Source: the human T2T-CHM13v2.0 reference genome, Homo sapiens. From it: a stretch of 64,000 nt of DNA. The DNA is taken from assembly GCF_009914755.1 (NCBI RefSeq), contig NC_060926.1; one strand, given 5' to 3'. Made by a program: the position numbers and the translations under genes. Under the pieces are notes generated by a model. The model was not told where the DNA came from and searched no databases. It saw only the letters and a list, made by a program, of their open reading frames with translations. Shown in pieces: positions 1 through 16,907 of this stretch. Each line of letters begins with the position of its first letter. Position 1 is the first letter of the stretch.

Positions 1-72
1 TTTTTTTTTTTTTTTTTTTTTTGAGACAGAGTCTCACTCTGCTGCCCAGATAAGTGCAGTGGCATGATCATG
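1..72 (-). mobile_element. Alu 3' fragment
   Basis: Poly-T followed by gagacagagtctcactctg...gcccag...gtgcagtggcatgatca. Confidence 0.8.
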
Positions 73-344
73 CCAAAGCCCCATTTCTAACTACTGCAAA
101 ATATTTGCTCCTAAATGTTTCACAGGCACCTCAAATTTCTCATCTCCAAGATCACTCTCACTCCCACCCACATGAAATCACTCAATCCAGTATATTTTAC
201 TGCAGAAATTTCTGTTTAAATCCAGCTGCCTTCTCCAAGCCTGCTTTCCTTAATTCAAGCCTTCATTATCTGTCCATTCTCTACCAACCAGTATCACCTT
301 CCACATAACAAACGTAAAAATGGCACATTAAGGCCTTGTCAAAA

Positions 345-800
345 GGCAAGTAATGGGTCAAACTGCAGCTCCACAAAAGCTATGTCCACCAGAATCTGTG
401 AATGTCACCTTACTGGGAAGAGGGTCTTTGCAGATGTAATTAAAGATCTCAAGATAAGATTATCCTGGATTTAGGGTGGGTTCTAAATCAAGTGACACTT
501 TCCTTATAATATATGTACAAAAGAGAAGACACAGAGACACACAGAGGAGAAGGTAGTATGAAGACTGAGGTACAGATGGAGTGATGGGTCTACAAGCCAA
601 GGAATATCCAGGATTACTGGTGGCCACCTCATTCTAGAAGAGAGGCATGAAACAGATGCTCTTAGGAAAAAAAAAAAAATCAATCTTCTGAATGCCTTGA
701 TTTTGGAGTTCTGGCCTCCAGAACTGTCAGAGAATAAATGTATGTTGTTTCAAGTCACCATGTTTGTGGTAATGTGTTACAGCAGCCCTAGGAAACGAAT
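345..800 (+). mobile_element. MLT1-family (ERVL-MaLR) LTR
   Basis: gtgaatgtcaccttactggg...gtctttgcagatgtaattaa...tctggcctccagaactgt..agaataaat...gttacagcagccctaggaaac; boundaries approximate. Confidence 0.8.
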
Positions 801-1889
801 GCAAGAGCTTTCTTCATTGCACCTTTATTTTCCATCTCTCTTCTCACCTCCTGCCACAACTCTCCAAGCATTCTCCCCTTCTCTCTTCTGGGCTTCTACT
901 TGAAATGCTCTTCTCCCCTTCCCTGACTCTCAAACTTCTTTTTTCCATTAACACCTATTTCAAATGTCACACATATTATGTTTCCTGCTTCCCCAGTAAA
1001 AAGCTGTGCTGTGTCCTATGTGTCCTGCTTCCACACATTTGGTCATCTACCTGCTATAAACCATAGAACACTTGGTGTTTACTCAACCCAACACGATGCA
1101 TTTAATTCTCCATTTAAAAAACATTTAACATTAAAACACACTTTACTAGTCTTTTATCTCTTCTTCTATCAATTTAGAAATTGAAAGCACTCTGAGCCAG
1201 AAGCCCACCTACATTCATAGTTGTATTAAAGACTAATAAGTATCTAGAAGGTAAGTCTTTAAAATTTCAAAGATATCTTGGTGAACGATAATGACCCATA
1301 AAGTTACAGAAAAATGAGCTTCAATGTCATGCCATAAATGTTTTACATATTTTCTTCATCTTAAAATCAAGAGTATTTTTCACCAGAAAAATCAGCAATA
1401 ATCAAAATATCTTGCTGAAGAATAACTTGTTGATAAAAAAGTTGGTTGGTTTTCATTATTGAAAATATTTTCTATATATTTGGAGATTCGAACTTAGTAG
1501 AATATGGATAAATTCAATATTTAAAATATTCCTTGAATCTTCATAAACGTAACTTTGCTAAAATATCTTAAATAATCAAGATTGTTGAGTTAAGACATTG
1601 ACAATATAAAATAGTCTAAGAGTCATGTCTTTCCTCAAGGAACATGTACAGTATAGCTAGGGAGGTAGAACATTTACATTAAAGAACAACTGACAATACA
1701 AGATACCACTGATGAAGTCTGACAGACAAGGAATTCTATTTTCTAAAAATCAGAAGTATCCTTAAATGCAATATGATATTCTTTATATTCAATAGCAATC
1801 CATAACTAGTATTAAGATTGAGAGTATAGACCTACTAACAATAGAACAAAAGGAGGAAAAAGCTGGAGGGAAAAATTCAACAACAGATT

Positions 1890-3254
1890 CTTTTTTTCTT
1901 CAACTTTTAAGTTCTGGGGCACATGTGCAGGGTGTGCGGGTTTGTTACCTAGGTAAAAGTGTGCTGCACAGATCAACACATCACCTAGGTATTAAGCCCA
2001 GCATGCATTAGCTATTTTTCGGGCTGCTCTCCCTCCCCCGTCCCCTTGATGGGCCCTAGTGTATGTTGTTCCCCACCTCCCCATGTCCATGTGTTCTCAT
2101 TGTTCAGCTCCCACTTGTAAGTGAGAACATGTGGGTTTGGTTTTCTATTCCTGCGTTAGTTTGCTGAGGATAATGGCTTCCAGCTCCATTGATGTCTCTG
2201 CAAAGTACATGATCTTGTTCCTTTTCATGGCTGCATAGTATTTCATGGTGCATATCATCAAATTTTCTTTATCCAGTCTATCATTGATAGGCATTTGGAT
2301 TGATTCCATTTCTTTACTATTGTGAATAGTGCTGCAATGAACATACACGTACATGTATCTTTGTAACAGAATGATTTATATTCCTTTGAGTATATACCCA
2401 GTAATGGAATTACTGGGTCAAATGCTATTTCTGGTTCTAGATCTTTGAGGAATAGTCACACTGTCTTCCACAAAGGTTAAACTAATTTACGTTCCCACCA
2501 ACAGTGTAAAAGCATGCCTTTTTCTCCACAAACTCGCTAGCATATGTTGTTTCTTGGCTTTTTAATAATTGCCAAGAAACAATTCTGACTGGCATAAGAT
2601 GGTATCTCATTGTGGTTTTCATTTGCATTTCTCTAATGGTCAGTGATGTTTAACATTTTTCATATGTTTGTTGGGCACATGAATGTCTTCTTTTGAGAAG
2701 TGTCTGTTCATGTCCTTTGCCCATTTTTTAATGGGGTTGCTTTTTTCTTGTAAATTTCTTTAAGTTCCTTGTAGACTCTGGATATTAGACCTTTGTCAGA
2801 TGGATAGATTGCAAAAATTTTCTTCCATTCTGTAGGTTGTCTGTTCACTCTGGTGATAGTTTCTTTTGTTGTGCAGAAGCTCTTTAGCTTAATTAGATCC
2901 CATTTGTCAATTTTTGCATTTGTTGTGATTGCTTTTGGTGTTTTTGTCATGAAATCTTTGCCACAGTGCCTATGTCTTGAATGGTATTGCTTAGATTTTC
3001 TTCTAGGGTTTTTATGGTTTTGGGTTTTACATTTAAGTCTTTAAAACATCTTGGGTTAATTTTTGTATAAGATGTAAGGAAGGGGTTCAGTTTCAATTTT
3101 CTGCATATGGCCAGCCAGTTCTCCCAGCATCATTTATTAAATAGGGAATCCTTTCCCCATTGCTTGTTTTTGTCAGGTTTGTCAAAGATCAGATGGTTGT
3201 AGGTGTGCAGTCTTATTTCTGAGTTCTCTATTCTGTTCCATTGGTCTATGTGTC
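1890..3254 (-). mobile_element. 5'-truncated L1PA-type LINE-1 (ORF2 C-terminus plus 3'UTR)
   Basis: ORF2 peptide [27 protein letters not shown]; TSD caacaacagatt at 1878-1889 and 3255-3266. Confidence 0.95.
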
Positions 3255-4865
3255 CAACAACAGATTTTAATTTAGGTTTGAATTCAGGGAAGTTATATAG
3301 AAGAAGAAGAAGGGTAGAAATAAATATTAAGCACTGATGCCTTTCTTCTTAATTGCCATGCCTTTATTCACTAAATCAAAAATAATTAATCATTCCAGCA
3401 CTGCACTGTTTTACATTTCTTATAGGAAAAATTTTATAAAATTAGAATATAAATGCCTTATCATTTAAAAGACAGTTTCCATTAGTCTCATCTATTATTT
3501 ATGGCTTGATTCAAAGATGAAATATTACTCCCAAGAGTAACTTCCACAGCAACTAATAAATTAAAAAAAACATGCCAACCCTCAATTATTTATTTTATTT
3601 TTTGAGTGATCATGATAAATGACAGACTAGAGCAAGGCCAACCAGCTCTAGTATCAAATAAGCATTTTTTAAAAATATACTGTACAAGTTATTCATAAAA
3701 CATTTATAATGTTTTAATGTCAGAATTTATCTTTCCAAAATAAATATATCAAAATTAAAGGTAGTTTGAACTTTGAGAAACCATGAATCTGTTGCCAAAT
3801 TAATCTTACTAATGTGCAATGTAATGTGAAATAGTACTAATATAATTAGTTATCATTCTGGAAACACTAATTACATCACAGCTACGTGTTATAAAAACAG
3901 CTAATGAATATACCCTTGTGCACTGAAGAATTAATAAAGACAGAACCTGATGCTAGATATTCCTCCTGAAGTTTAGCCTCTGAAAGAGTTTCTCACTTGT
4001 GTATAAATACACGTTTTTGGCACATAACCTGCTTTTTAATGAGACTCTTGTGTTTATAGGAAAACTTTTCTACAAGCTATTTTATCACCAAGAAATAGAC
4101 CAATTTAAATGTCTTACCAGTTTATAAAAGAAAATATAGAGAAAAAGAAAAAAATTGAGCAAATTATTCAATTCATGCTATACTATAATAATAAGGTAAA
4201 GAATTTGGTTAATTTCAGTCTCTCATCAAATATTCTTTTGAGCACAGTACAAAGTGTCATTTGTTAACAATGACCAAAATGGCATCTTTCTCAGCCTGGC
4301 TGCCTTTGCCTGCATTCTTTCACCCATCTCTTCAAACAGGGCCTCACCAAATTTTCCCCTACTAAATGAGCTTAACCCTCCAAGGATATTCTGACACTGA
4401 CGTTGGAGGGAGTTTTAAGCACTTTTTTGTTTGTTTGTTTGTGGTAGTGACTTCATTGTATTACTTCTAGCTCAGTCTTTTCTTTCTTCAGTTGCAAACA
4501 ATTCTGGTGATTTTCTTTCAACATTTGCACAAGTAATTTTTTTAAAAATTATTAAAAGTTATCATTTCCACACTTACTGTCAAAGGTTTCCTCACAAAAG
4601 GACACCAAGGTTGAAGTCATTTGCATTTCTGCAATAGAACTCATACTTTAAATATGTATCAGAGACTACCCAGTACTTCGTAGGTTGGCTTTTCTCATTT
4701 AGATTTCCAATTGAAGTGGGAGCAGTGCTATCTGTCACACAGTCATAGTGAAGGCCATTGTGGGGGACTTCAGGCACAATGTCATCTCCATCACCACCTT
4801 TAATTAAGTTGATCTCAATTTCCCTTTTGCATATTCCCACTAGTATCAAGCCATGGTGGAGCAAG

Positions 4866-5060
4866 ATGCCTCAGTTTCTATATCTGCAAAATGTGAATCA
4901 TTAATAGAATTGTGAGTATTAAATGAGTTAATATGGATACAGCACTTAGAACAGTATCTGTACAAAAGGAGCAGGATTGAAAATAAAAGAAAGAAACAGA
5001 ACAGTTTCGGTCACATAGTAAACTCTCAATAAATGTTAGCCATTCTATTATTATTGTTGT
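4866..5060 (+). mobile_element. MIR SINE
   Basis: gcctcagtttctatatctgcaaaatg...attaaatgagttaat...ctcaataaatgttagc. Confidence 0.75.
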
Positions 5061-5202
5061 TATCATTAATTTAGCCACCAGTCCATACACCTGAAAGAAA
5101 TACAATTTTAAAATACGTATACCATTTTTTAATAGTAAAACCTTTTTTAAAAACCATATGTCAACTAAAAAATGCCAGTTTATAAATTTCAACCCTCATA
5201 AG

Positions 5203-5776
5203 TGTTGCAGCCTGCAGGGTGGCCATTCTGACATGCTGGGAAGCATAGTCTCCAGTCAGAAGCTGGAAACAGACACTTTGAGGGAAGGGCAAAGGGAACA
5301 GGAATTTATGCTTAGCAGGGTGGCCAAACATACATATTCAATCAGCTATAGGAGGAGTCATGAATATTTATGAAAGAAGAAACAAAGTGCATGCACAGTT
5401 CAGCTTTATGTCCCTTCGTGGGGCCCACGTACAAAAAAACAGAAGCATTAGCATGATCCAAGGGTGATGTTTTTGCTCTCTGACATCAAATGTAAAGCAG
5501 AGGACACAAAAACCCTCACTGTGCATTCTGGGTGGACTGGCCAGAACCACTCCATGGTCGGTGGGGCAGCATCAAGTGACTGGTTGTTATCAGTGAAAGG
5601 ACTAGTTTCTGTTGTACTCTTAGGAGAGAGTTAGCCAGGGAGAAAGTGTAACAAGCCATATCTGACCTCTCACACAATCATGGCTGAGAGCTTAGTTTTC
5701 AAGGTTACTCTGATCCCCTTGGCCAAGAGATGGTCTGTTCAGTCAGTTGTAGGCCTTAGAATTTTAATTTCTCACA
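5203..5776 (-). mobile_element. ERV1-type solo LTR (subfamily not assigned)
   Basis: TG...CA bounded; typical MER4-group end ttggccaagagatggtctgttcagtcagttg..ggccttagaattttaatttctcaca. Confidence 0.6.
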
Positions 5777-5799
5777 TACTTTCTGCTAGTTAGGGCTAA

Positions 5800-6161
<362 letters not shown>

Positions 6162-7504
6162 TGAAGGAGCACAAAAGTGTTAGGAAATTGAACCAACTTG
6201 AGAAGCCAGAAAATAAAAACAAAAATTTTTTTAAAGTACTGCTCAGAAAAATGACACACTTGTTTTTCCAAAGAACTGGCTATGTTGGTTTCCACAGACT
6301 GGCCAAGAAAGCACATGTCGAGGGCAGTCATATAGATCCAAAGACCCCTACCAGAAAGTGTCTGAATTACCTTTTCCTGCTAAAGTAGTTCCTCATACCT
6401 TTGATTGGCTGTACAACTAATAACACCACATTCCCCAAATACATACAAAATAAGTTTCCTAATAACTTCCTATGCAGGAAAATGTTCCTCTTTCTGGATT
6501 TTCATAAAATAATATGAAATTTAGTGACAGAAAACAGTTTCACAGATTTTGCTTTTGCATCTGACAAAATTTTTTAGTGACTTTGAGCTATACTTTTAGT
6601 TTTTCTTCTTTTATGAAAAGGATAATATATGCTTGTAAAAATTTAAACGTAAGATTATATAAAGAAAAAATAAGTCTTCCATCTCCATTCCCAAGAAACA
6701 CATACTTATCAGTGTGGTATGTATCAATAGCCAATAGCTATATAGATACGTTCATATATACACAAATATACATATTCTTGTATGTATAGAAAAAAACTAT
6801 ATAGAAAAGTGAGCCATTCTACAAGATCCATCAGAAATTTGCTTTCTTTACTCAATAGTGTATTATAGCTATCCCTCCATGTGAGAATAAATAAAACCTC
6901 AAAAGTATAAAAATCCAAAGAGGACTTTTATCTTCAAGTAAAATTAACACTCCAAGGTAAAAAGACCATGTTTATTCTAACCAGAATTACAAGAGAAATA
7001 ACTTTCTTTTCTAAATCAGAATTTAACCTCAATGACAAATTATCTCCTTGAGTAGCTCAGTGAGGTTCTTGGATATAATTGGGGAATAGAATCTTCTAGT
7101 CCTAGCTATCAAATAATCTCAGTTATCTAATTTCTTCATGCTTCAAGTAAAATTGCACAATAATTTGATCACTAGCCCATAGTCAATCTAAACTTGGATT
7201 TTACAAAGGCTTGGTTTGTTGCTCACATATCAGAACTGGAGAAGTAGTCGGAGAGTAAGAAATGCTGATGGTTTCGCAAGCCAGAATGCAGACATGAGCA
7301 AGTCTGACATGGGAGCAGGCAGGCTGCAAGCAACTATACAAACAAGAAAAAAGAATAAAGTGAAGTTGATGCATAGGGCATGACTGGTCGGGTTAACAGG
7401 TAAGTCAAAGAGCAATGAGACTGGGTTCAACAGAAAGATTGTATGAAGTGAAAATACAAGCAAAAAGAAATGTGTATACATGTTTATGGTAGACAGCTTT
7501 TTTT

Positions 7505-9170
7505 TTTTTTTGCAATTATTTACTACCCTCTTCCCTCTAAAAGAATGACAAACTATTGTCATGTGACTTGCATTCCTCCTTCAGGGAAAGTATACCTTCT
7601 CATTTAATTGACATTGGCCTTGCCTACTTAACATAAGTTTTGATCAGTGGAATGTGAGCACCCATTATGTATGCCACATCTAAGCAGAAGCTTCATGAAA
7701 CATCAGGAGCTTCTTCCATGGCTCTTGGACTTTCCTTATGCCACACAAGTGGGAATGTCCATATAGGTACTTCTTTAACCTGGGTTCTAGAATGAGAAGA
7801 TACTTGGAGCAAAACCACATCCAACCACAGTCTATATGCCATGTGAATGAGAAATATTAATAAATGTTTTGTTGTTGCAGGTCCCTGAGATTTTGTTACT
7901 ATAGCAAGTCAACATACAGAAATTGGTACCTAGACGTGAGGTGCTGCTATCACCAAAATATATGGCCCTATATTCAATACCTGACAGAGAATGGCATGGA
8001 AACTATTATCAGGAGCTGGAAAAATGGTGACCTATGTTATACAGGGATAAAATATTTGGTGAAACTGTCACCTACAATACCTTAAACAGGTAAAAAATCT
8101 AATTAACATGGATATAAATATGGGAACAAAAGACACTGTGGAGGGGGGTGTTTTAAAAACTACCTATCAGATACTATGCTCACTACTTGGGTGATGGCAT
8201 CCATACTCCAAACCTGAGCATCAAACAATATTCCCATGTAACAAATCTGCACATGTACCCTATGTACCTAAAACAATAGTTGAAATAAAAAAAAAATAAA
8301 CCTAAAGAATATACAGCTTCAGGTGAAGAAACTGAAGAACAAAATGTTACTAGTGTATTTGGTCATTACTAGCTGTGTTTAACAAGACTGTACAAGAAGG
8401 GAACTCAGAAAAAGAACTGGCCTATTTATAAGCAGGGATTCAAGGGAAAATAGAGAATCCAGAGATCCTAGAAGTTGCCCACCTGAAATCTGCAACTATT
8501 TCTCATCTCAATTTCAGATGAAATTAAAAATAGTCTTGCAACAAAGGCCAATTAAAACTCAGTACCGGGGCAAAGAAATGGCTCAGTAAAAAGAATGTGA
8601 CTCTATGAAAGCCTGACAAGCACAAAGTACGATTGACAAAAAGAACAAAAATCAAACAGATTTTCGGAGACAGTTGTGCTATCAAAAGTACCACTATCCT
8701 AGGTTTTTAAAAGACTGTAACTTAATAAAAACAATCTTTGGGCTGAAGTCACCTGGAGACTTGACTGGACTGGATGGATCACTCTGTCTGGGCTCAGCTG
8801 GGACTCTGGAACCACTGATCACTCAAATTCTCTCTCCCCATCTCCTGGCTGAATCAATCTTTCCCCTTTCCCCTCTTCCAATAGTCTCAGGCCTCTCTCT
8901 GCATAAGGTTTCTCCACACGCTGTTTCCAGCAGGACTGCCGACCTTCCTACATGGTGGTGTAGGTCTTCCAAAAAATGCAAAAGTGTAAGCTTCCAGGTC
9001 TTCTTAATGCTTAGGATCTGAACTAGTATAACATCACTTCTATCACATCCTATTGGTTAAAGTAATCAAAGTCAACCCGGATTCAGCATGAGAGAGTTCT
9101 ACACAAAGGCATGAATAGCTGGAAGCATGGTTTATCAGGTGCCATCATTAGAGACCAGATACCATAATGC
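7505..9170. mobile_element. Old MLT1/MaLR LTR and internal fragments with an L1 3' end at ~8130-8300
   Basis: MLT1-like end atgtgaatgagaaat..taaatgttttgttgttgcag..ctgagatt followed by aattggtacc; L1 tail ccatgtaacaaatctgcacatgtaccc. Confidence 0.55.
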
Positions 9171-9649
9171 ACAATAAATAAATATTTATTGAATAAACTA
9201 ATGAATGGTAATCCACTGTAACAGACCACATTCTTATCTATGGTAGAGATGGGCATACATGATTTAAAATGACCACCCTATTTTTATGATCAAACAGCAA
9301 TTTATAGAGCCATGATTTTCACATAATACTATTCCAAATACTTATCAAAAAAGGAAAACAAACCAAAACTAAATCTCTTGGTAAGATTAAAACAGAAAGA
9401 TTCCATTAAAAAATTTTTATTTTATATGATTGTTGCAGTTTTTATAGAAGGACAAAAAGTTAAATGTGAGGAAGTGGTTGGATAGACAACAGTCGTTAAA
9501 AGTGTATGAATCTGGCCAGAACCCCACATAAAAGTAGGAAAATCAGATTTTGTGAAACCAGGACCCATGTTCTAGTCCCAGTTTTGAGGACTAACACTAA
9601 CTGTTTGACTTTGGAGAAGTTTCTGGGCCTCAGTTTTCTCAACTTTAAA

Positions 9650-10480
<831 letters not shown>

Positions 10481-12000
10481 AAAATGAGAGTGTGGGAACT
10501 GTAAGTTTTCAAACATTTTCTAACCTTTGTACACTTTATTTGAAAGTAGTTTTATACTTAGGAGTAGGGAGGAAGGATATGGAGGAGAAGGGAAGGTGTC
10601 CCACTCCTCCTCAATCACAGTGGTTCTGTTTTAAACACTGAGTTTTTTTTTTGTTTTTTTCTTTTTGGAGGAGGGCTGCATTTAAACAAGTGGTTCTGCA
10701 AATAAAATATATTCGAAAATGAGAGATCTGGCCCAACCCCTCACGTTTTATAGATGAGGAAATACTGTCCTTTTCTGCACTGAAGCTCCCCACCTCTGTC
10801 TTTCATGCAACCCCTGACTCACATGATGGCGCCCCACTCTGACTTGCCTCACTCTCACAGTATTATGTGTTTACATGAAGCCCCACTTTGTGGGGAATGA
10901 GAAATTCAAGCTGAGGAAATGCCTGAAATTGTAATTTCAAACTCAAGTTGATCATATTGATCACAAAGTGAAAAATGCAAAGAAGACAATTTGATTCTAA
11001 ATTCTAATCTATGTTAATATTTCAGAAGAATGTGATGAGGAGGAAGAATAAGCAAAACATAAATGCTCAAAATTATTCTGTATTATACACAACATATTGT
11101 AGGACACAAGGGTTCAATTCAAAAAATTATTCTTCTTGAAAAATAAATGATATGTTGTTTCCCACAAGACCTACTGACTAGAGGTTTACATCTGGGAAGT
11201 ACTTCACTCACTAGTCTAAAAAAATTTTAAGAATGCAGGATCTAACAATGTTCCACTGCTTTCTGAAGAGTTCTCTCTGTACCTTCTGTAACACACAAAT
11301 AATTGCCAAGTTAACTAATCTCACATTTTCACTTTAATTAAATGAAACAACACTTTGTCCTTTTAGATCCTTATGAAGACATGAATTAGAATTGCCTATG
11401 CTAAAAGTGATCAGTGTTCCTATATAATCATCCAATGGTCTACATATTTTTAAATATATTTTTGTGGGTATGCTATCACCATAACATTTCCTGGTCACTA
11501 AATTCTCCTGGTTCCTGTTAACGGTACTACAAAACAAAAATACTTACTTTTTCAGAGTTCATCATGATAGAAATCTGTTCTCTGATTAACATGAATCCTT
11601 TTCCTACTGGATATTTAATTCAAGTGTAGGAGACATTTCCAGACTTTAACAACTTGACAACTGTAAAGAGTTGTAAAAGTTAATTATTATTTCCTCTGCT
11701 CTGTCAGGGTACACCTAATTTAGATGGAAGTGCACTCAAAGAGTAATTTCCTTAGAGGTTCTCATCTTTCACAAAGTAGGCGTTGCACAGATATGGTGCC
11801 CGTATCAGTTAGGGTTTCAGCAGATAAGCAGTACCACTACGATTGATGTGAATAAGGAATTTATTATAGGAATTAGGCCTTCCACAATTTGGGGAGAAGT
11901 TGAGGAGATAAAGGTCGAGAAAGGGACAGTTAAATGATCAGGGGAAAGTCAGTAAGACCACAAAGCAGAACTAGTGAAGACGACTATGGGAGGTTGTTGG

Positions 12001-12453
12001 TGTTAGAGAAAAAAATTATTCCAACACTTGTTAAAGACAGGAAGAAAGATGTTACTGAAGAAGAGACTACTGCAATGAGAGTTTTGCAGTAGGGAGAAAG
12101 ATTGAGCTCAACTATAAATACAACAAGGTCAAGTGGAGCTTATAGCTAAGGAGCAGGGTGTAAGCTCAGTGGACGGAAAAACACTAAGAGGAAACGCCAG
12201 GTGTAAGAGACAATTCTGGCCAAACCAACTTAACAGGATACTTGCTGAGGGCAGGCCAGAGGATTAGATATCAAAGCTGAGGTGTGAGGAATTTTATCAG
12301 ATACCAAGGGTGGGAGATTTTTGCTAAATTAGTTTAGCACAGTTCTTGCTAAAACTGCACTAAGTGGATCAAAGACAGAGACCAAGGTCAGGGCCTAGTC
12401 GAGAAGACAGTTTAGAGGAGCCTGACTCAAGTCTGGTCAAACGATCTTTGTTA
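12001..12453 (-). mobile_element. MER31/MER67-like ERV1 LTR nested in an older LTR (~11800-12950)
   Basis: Starts tgttagagaaaaaaattattcc; its reverse complement resembles the LTR at 34493-34944. Confidence 0.65.
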
Positions 12454-13814
12454 ATGGCTCTGCATCTGGTGATGGGCCTAAGGTTGTTGTAGATCAGCAG
12501 AGCAAGTACTTGGAAAGAAAGCTGCAAGCCAAACACAGAAAGCAATGACAAGCCTGTGAGGGTAAACTGGTACCTGTGTTATCTGTTTCTCCCCATTTCA
12601 AAGCTGGATGATAGGAATGGCCTGAAAAACCTAGGCCCTTTCCCCTCGAAGCTCCACGTAGTCCTGGCCCAAGACTTAGAGAAGCTATAAAAGAATATGT
12701 GGCAGGAGTTGGAAGAGCTGTTGTCCCACCACACAAAGGTGAGCCAACAGATTAGTTACAAGTATAATTTGTAACTGGGGCCCTGAACTGACCTTCCAAA
12801 TGCAAAAGTTTCTGCCTGACCCCTTTTGAATCTCAGACAAATTTCTCTTGTGACCAGCCCTAACTGAGGACTATATACAGAATAATTTGGAAAATGCAGT
12901 TCCAGCTTAGCTAAATTGGCACAGTATAAAATCCCCACCACATCCAAAAGACCCTTTATGTAAATTCATCCTAAAATGGATTTAAGCCTCTCAGAAATAA
13001 TATATATTCAATAATAACACCTATCACAATAAAGTATTTTACTTATTGCATTCATTTGCAAACTTTCTTCCAACTTTTATTTCTTTACAAGAAACATTGC
13101 TATCGGCAAAGAGATACTTATTTTGCTCTAAGGTAAACATAAAGCAACACTGAACACATTATTTTTAACTACAATTTTTTTAATGGAAATCTACTTAATA
13201 TTTCTCCATTTCTACCCGCCTGCCTTTTTTCATCTCAACTCTCCTCATACTATCTTCTTTCTACTTCCCATAAGTCAAAATGTTCAAGCTCCAAACCTGA
13301 GGGCCTTTTACTTCCCCCTGCAATATGGCTTTTATCGGTGCCACCAAGTTCATCCATCAGGGTTGTATAAATCCAAACTGTAATTATAAATGTGGATGGA
13401 GTTCAAGTGCTTTCTCAGAGAGCTCTCTGGCCTCATGCCAATTAGGATAGGAGGTAGGTACATCACCTAATTCTACATATTTGCAAACCTAACTGAGCTC
13501 TGAAACTGGCAACATCCTTAGGACACTCTTACAGTCCCTACAGATGTCTCTGCCCTTATCAGATAATTCCTTCAGGGAGAGAATAACAAGCTCAGCTTTT
13601 TCTGAAGCCCTCCCTGGGCCCCCACAGGCACTCTTTCCTACACAATACTGGCACTGGGCTCCATGAGGAGCGCATTCTCCCCGACTTACCAGATGCATTA
13701 AGAGTAAGCCTGGGCACTTAGCAGATTTAATGGAACCGTCTGGAAATCATTGTCAATATGTTCCCCTCACTCTGAGAACTCTGTTAGGACATCTTCATAG
13801 AAGGCATATGCTAA

Positions 13815-14125
<311 letters not shown>

Positions 14126-15145
14126 CACTAATATCTTAACTAGCTAACATATTATCCCTATGATAATGGTGAAAAGCCGCAAGGAATTGGAGCAGAAGAT
14201 CCAAGTTTTGGTTCTGGTGCCAGATCTCTCTAGGTGTCAACACAGAAGGTAAAACCCACATCACAGGGCTATTGTTGTGAAGTGTAAATGAGGTAACAGA
14301 TGTCTTATCCTCACCCATAATGATTCCTGACCTAGTCCACTACCCATCCCTTTGGTACAGACTCAGCTTCTCCTTCTTGCATTGGGCCATATCATTTGGG
14401 TGATAGAACACTTGCAGGACTGCACAGCTGTTGCAGGGGCTGCCTCACACTACACAAAGCCACTGTTCCCTTCCACCCAGGCCCTGCTGTAGACCTGCCC
14501 CACCATGCGTCTCTTATATTTGCTGTAAGTGGGTGGGGGGGGCTCTTTCCACATTTATGATGAAGGTTTTAGGGTTTTTTTCTCCCTCTCTCTCAGTGTC
14601 CCTGCTATCCTTCCCTGCAAATTTACCTTCATATTACTCAGGATTAGCAGAGTATCTTAATGCAGAAAGATTACATGTTATATGATACAAATATTTAACA
14701 ACATTGGACATGCTTTTCTCCTTCTCTCTTTTATTTTATGTCACCCAAGGTCAACATTGGCTCTTTTTTCCCAAAAACATTCCTAAGGTAAGATCAACTA
14801 TGTGACCTTATTTTCCCTACTTTTTAAAAAGTTGCTGTAAGTATTGTTTATAATAAAAAGCAAACACATAACCAACCACAAGTTAATGAAAATTAAAGCT
14901 AATGTCTTCTATATTTACATTTAAATTACAGAGAAATAAGTATGTGGAAGCCATCATCAACAGTAGTTGTTAGACTTACAAACTATTTTGTGCATGTAGA
15001 GACTACTGAACCACAACAGATTTTAGTTTCCTTCCTTCTCCTCCTCCATCCTGACCTATCCCCTTCCTTAGCATGCCAACAAAAGCGAGTTCAGAATCTG
15101 AAGGGCTCCTGATCAGTAGATCACACACAATAAAAAATATCAACC

Positions 15146-15151
15146 TTTATT
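15146..15151 (-). terminator. Candidate polyadenylation signal of the CYCT remnant
   Basis: AATAAA on the minus strand ~75 nt past the end of the cytochrome c frame. Confidence 0.45.
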
Positions 15152-15225
15152 TTAAAATGTTAAACTTACTACAGGCTGATCAAAAACGATCAAATATGAC
15201 TTCTCTAAACGTGCAATTTTTGAAA

Positions 15226-15720
<495 letters not shown>

Positions 15721-16907
15721 CTACAAAGGTGAAGGTAAGTTTTAAGTTTGTGTAGTTACATTTGTAGGGCTCACTTTCTGATCTGACCCACATATGTGAA
15801 CAAAAGATTAATCTTGGACTCAGTAGGGAGGCTATTTTAACTGAGACTTATAGATTCTGACCTATAAGAAATTTCCAAAATGTGTCTCCACTCCTTGGCT
15901 TCTCTGTAGAAATCCATACTGTAGAAACAGTCGCATACTGTTTAGGGTCTTCTATGGTAAACCAATGAACTACCACCAAAGACATGTTATGCTTAAGCAG
16001 TTCCTCATCCTCCAAGAATCAGAGTGAGTTCCTTCTAGAAAAGGTCTTAGAGATCATGCAATCCAATCTCTAATTTTGTAGATTAGTAAATGATGGTCCA
16101 AAGCTTGTCCTAAGATTACAAAGCTACCTACAGTCAAGAATTTATGACTACTAACTCATATTTGCATGTTTTTTCTACCTATCATACCAAGCTGCCTCTA
16201 TCCAGATCTCCATCAAAATCCATGATTTCAAAAATCCAGTTTTAAGACAATAGAGAAAGGTTCCTTTCTTTTCTTTCTAAAACCAGTCAAAAAGAACATG
16301 GAGAAAGAGAAACAGAACTGCTACCTTCACTTTTGATAAAACCTTTCAGGAAGCACCTGTTATAATTGTTATAATTAGAAGTCTACCAAGGACATGAAAC
16401 CTAGACCAGAGTGAAATGACACCTTTCACTAAGCATCTCTCCAAAGTATGTGACACACTCTGAAAGGCAAAGGCATAAGCCTTTGTTTAGCTCAAAAAGA
16501 ATAGGATATATCAGCTGGCCATGAAAGTCTTCTTAAATTCAGTTTTACACCATGGAGGACCAGGGGAGCCAGGATGAATGAAGAAAACATAAATATGTCC
16601 TCTTTGAAAGAAGCACTCTAACTTATAAGGTACAAGAGAAACTGCAAAGGTAACATAACCCCAGGCCTGCCAGTCTTTGCCAGCTGAAGTAAAGAGCCAA
16701 ATAACAGCCCCACCAAAACATAAACCCATAAACGCTCAGGTATATGTTATCGCTAATATAACTATGCATAAGGAAGACATCAAAACTAACTGGAAAACTC
16801 AGACCATCAACCTTATTTTCCTTCTGCAAATAACTAGTCCAAAAAGATTATCTTCATCAGAAGATGGGTAATAATAAAAAATAACCAGCACAAGAAAGTA
16901 CTGAAAA

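Noticed and set aside
2145-2950. L1 ORF2-like ORFs as an active element
   Set aside because: 5'-truncated 1.4-kb copy with frame disruptions.
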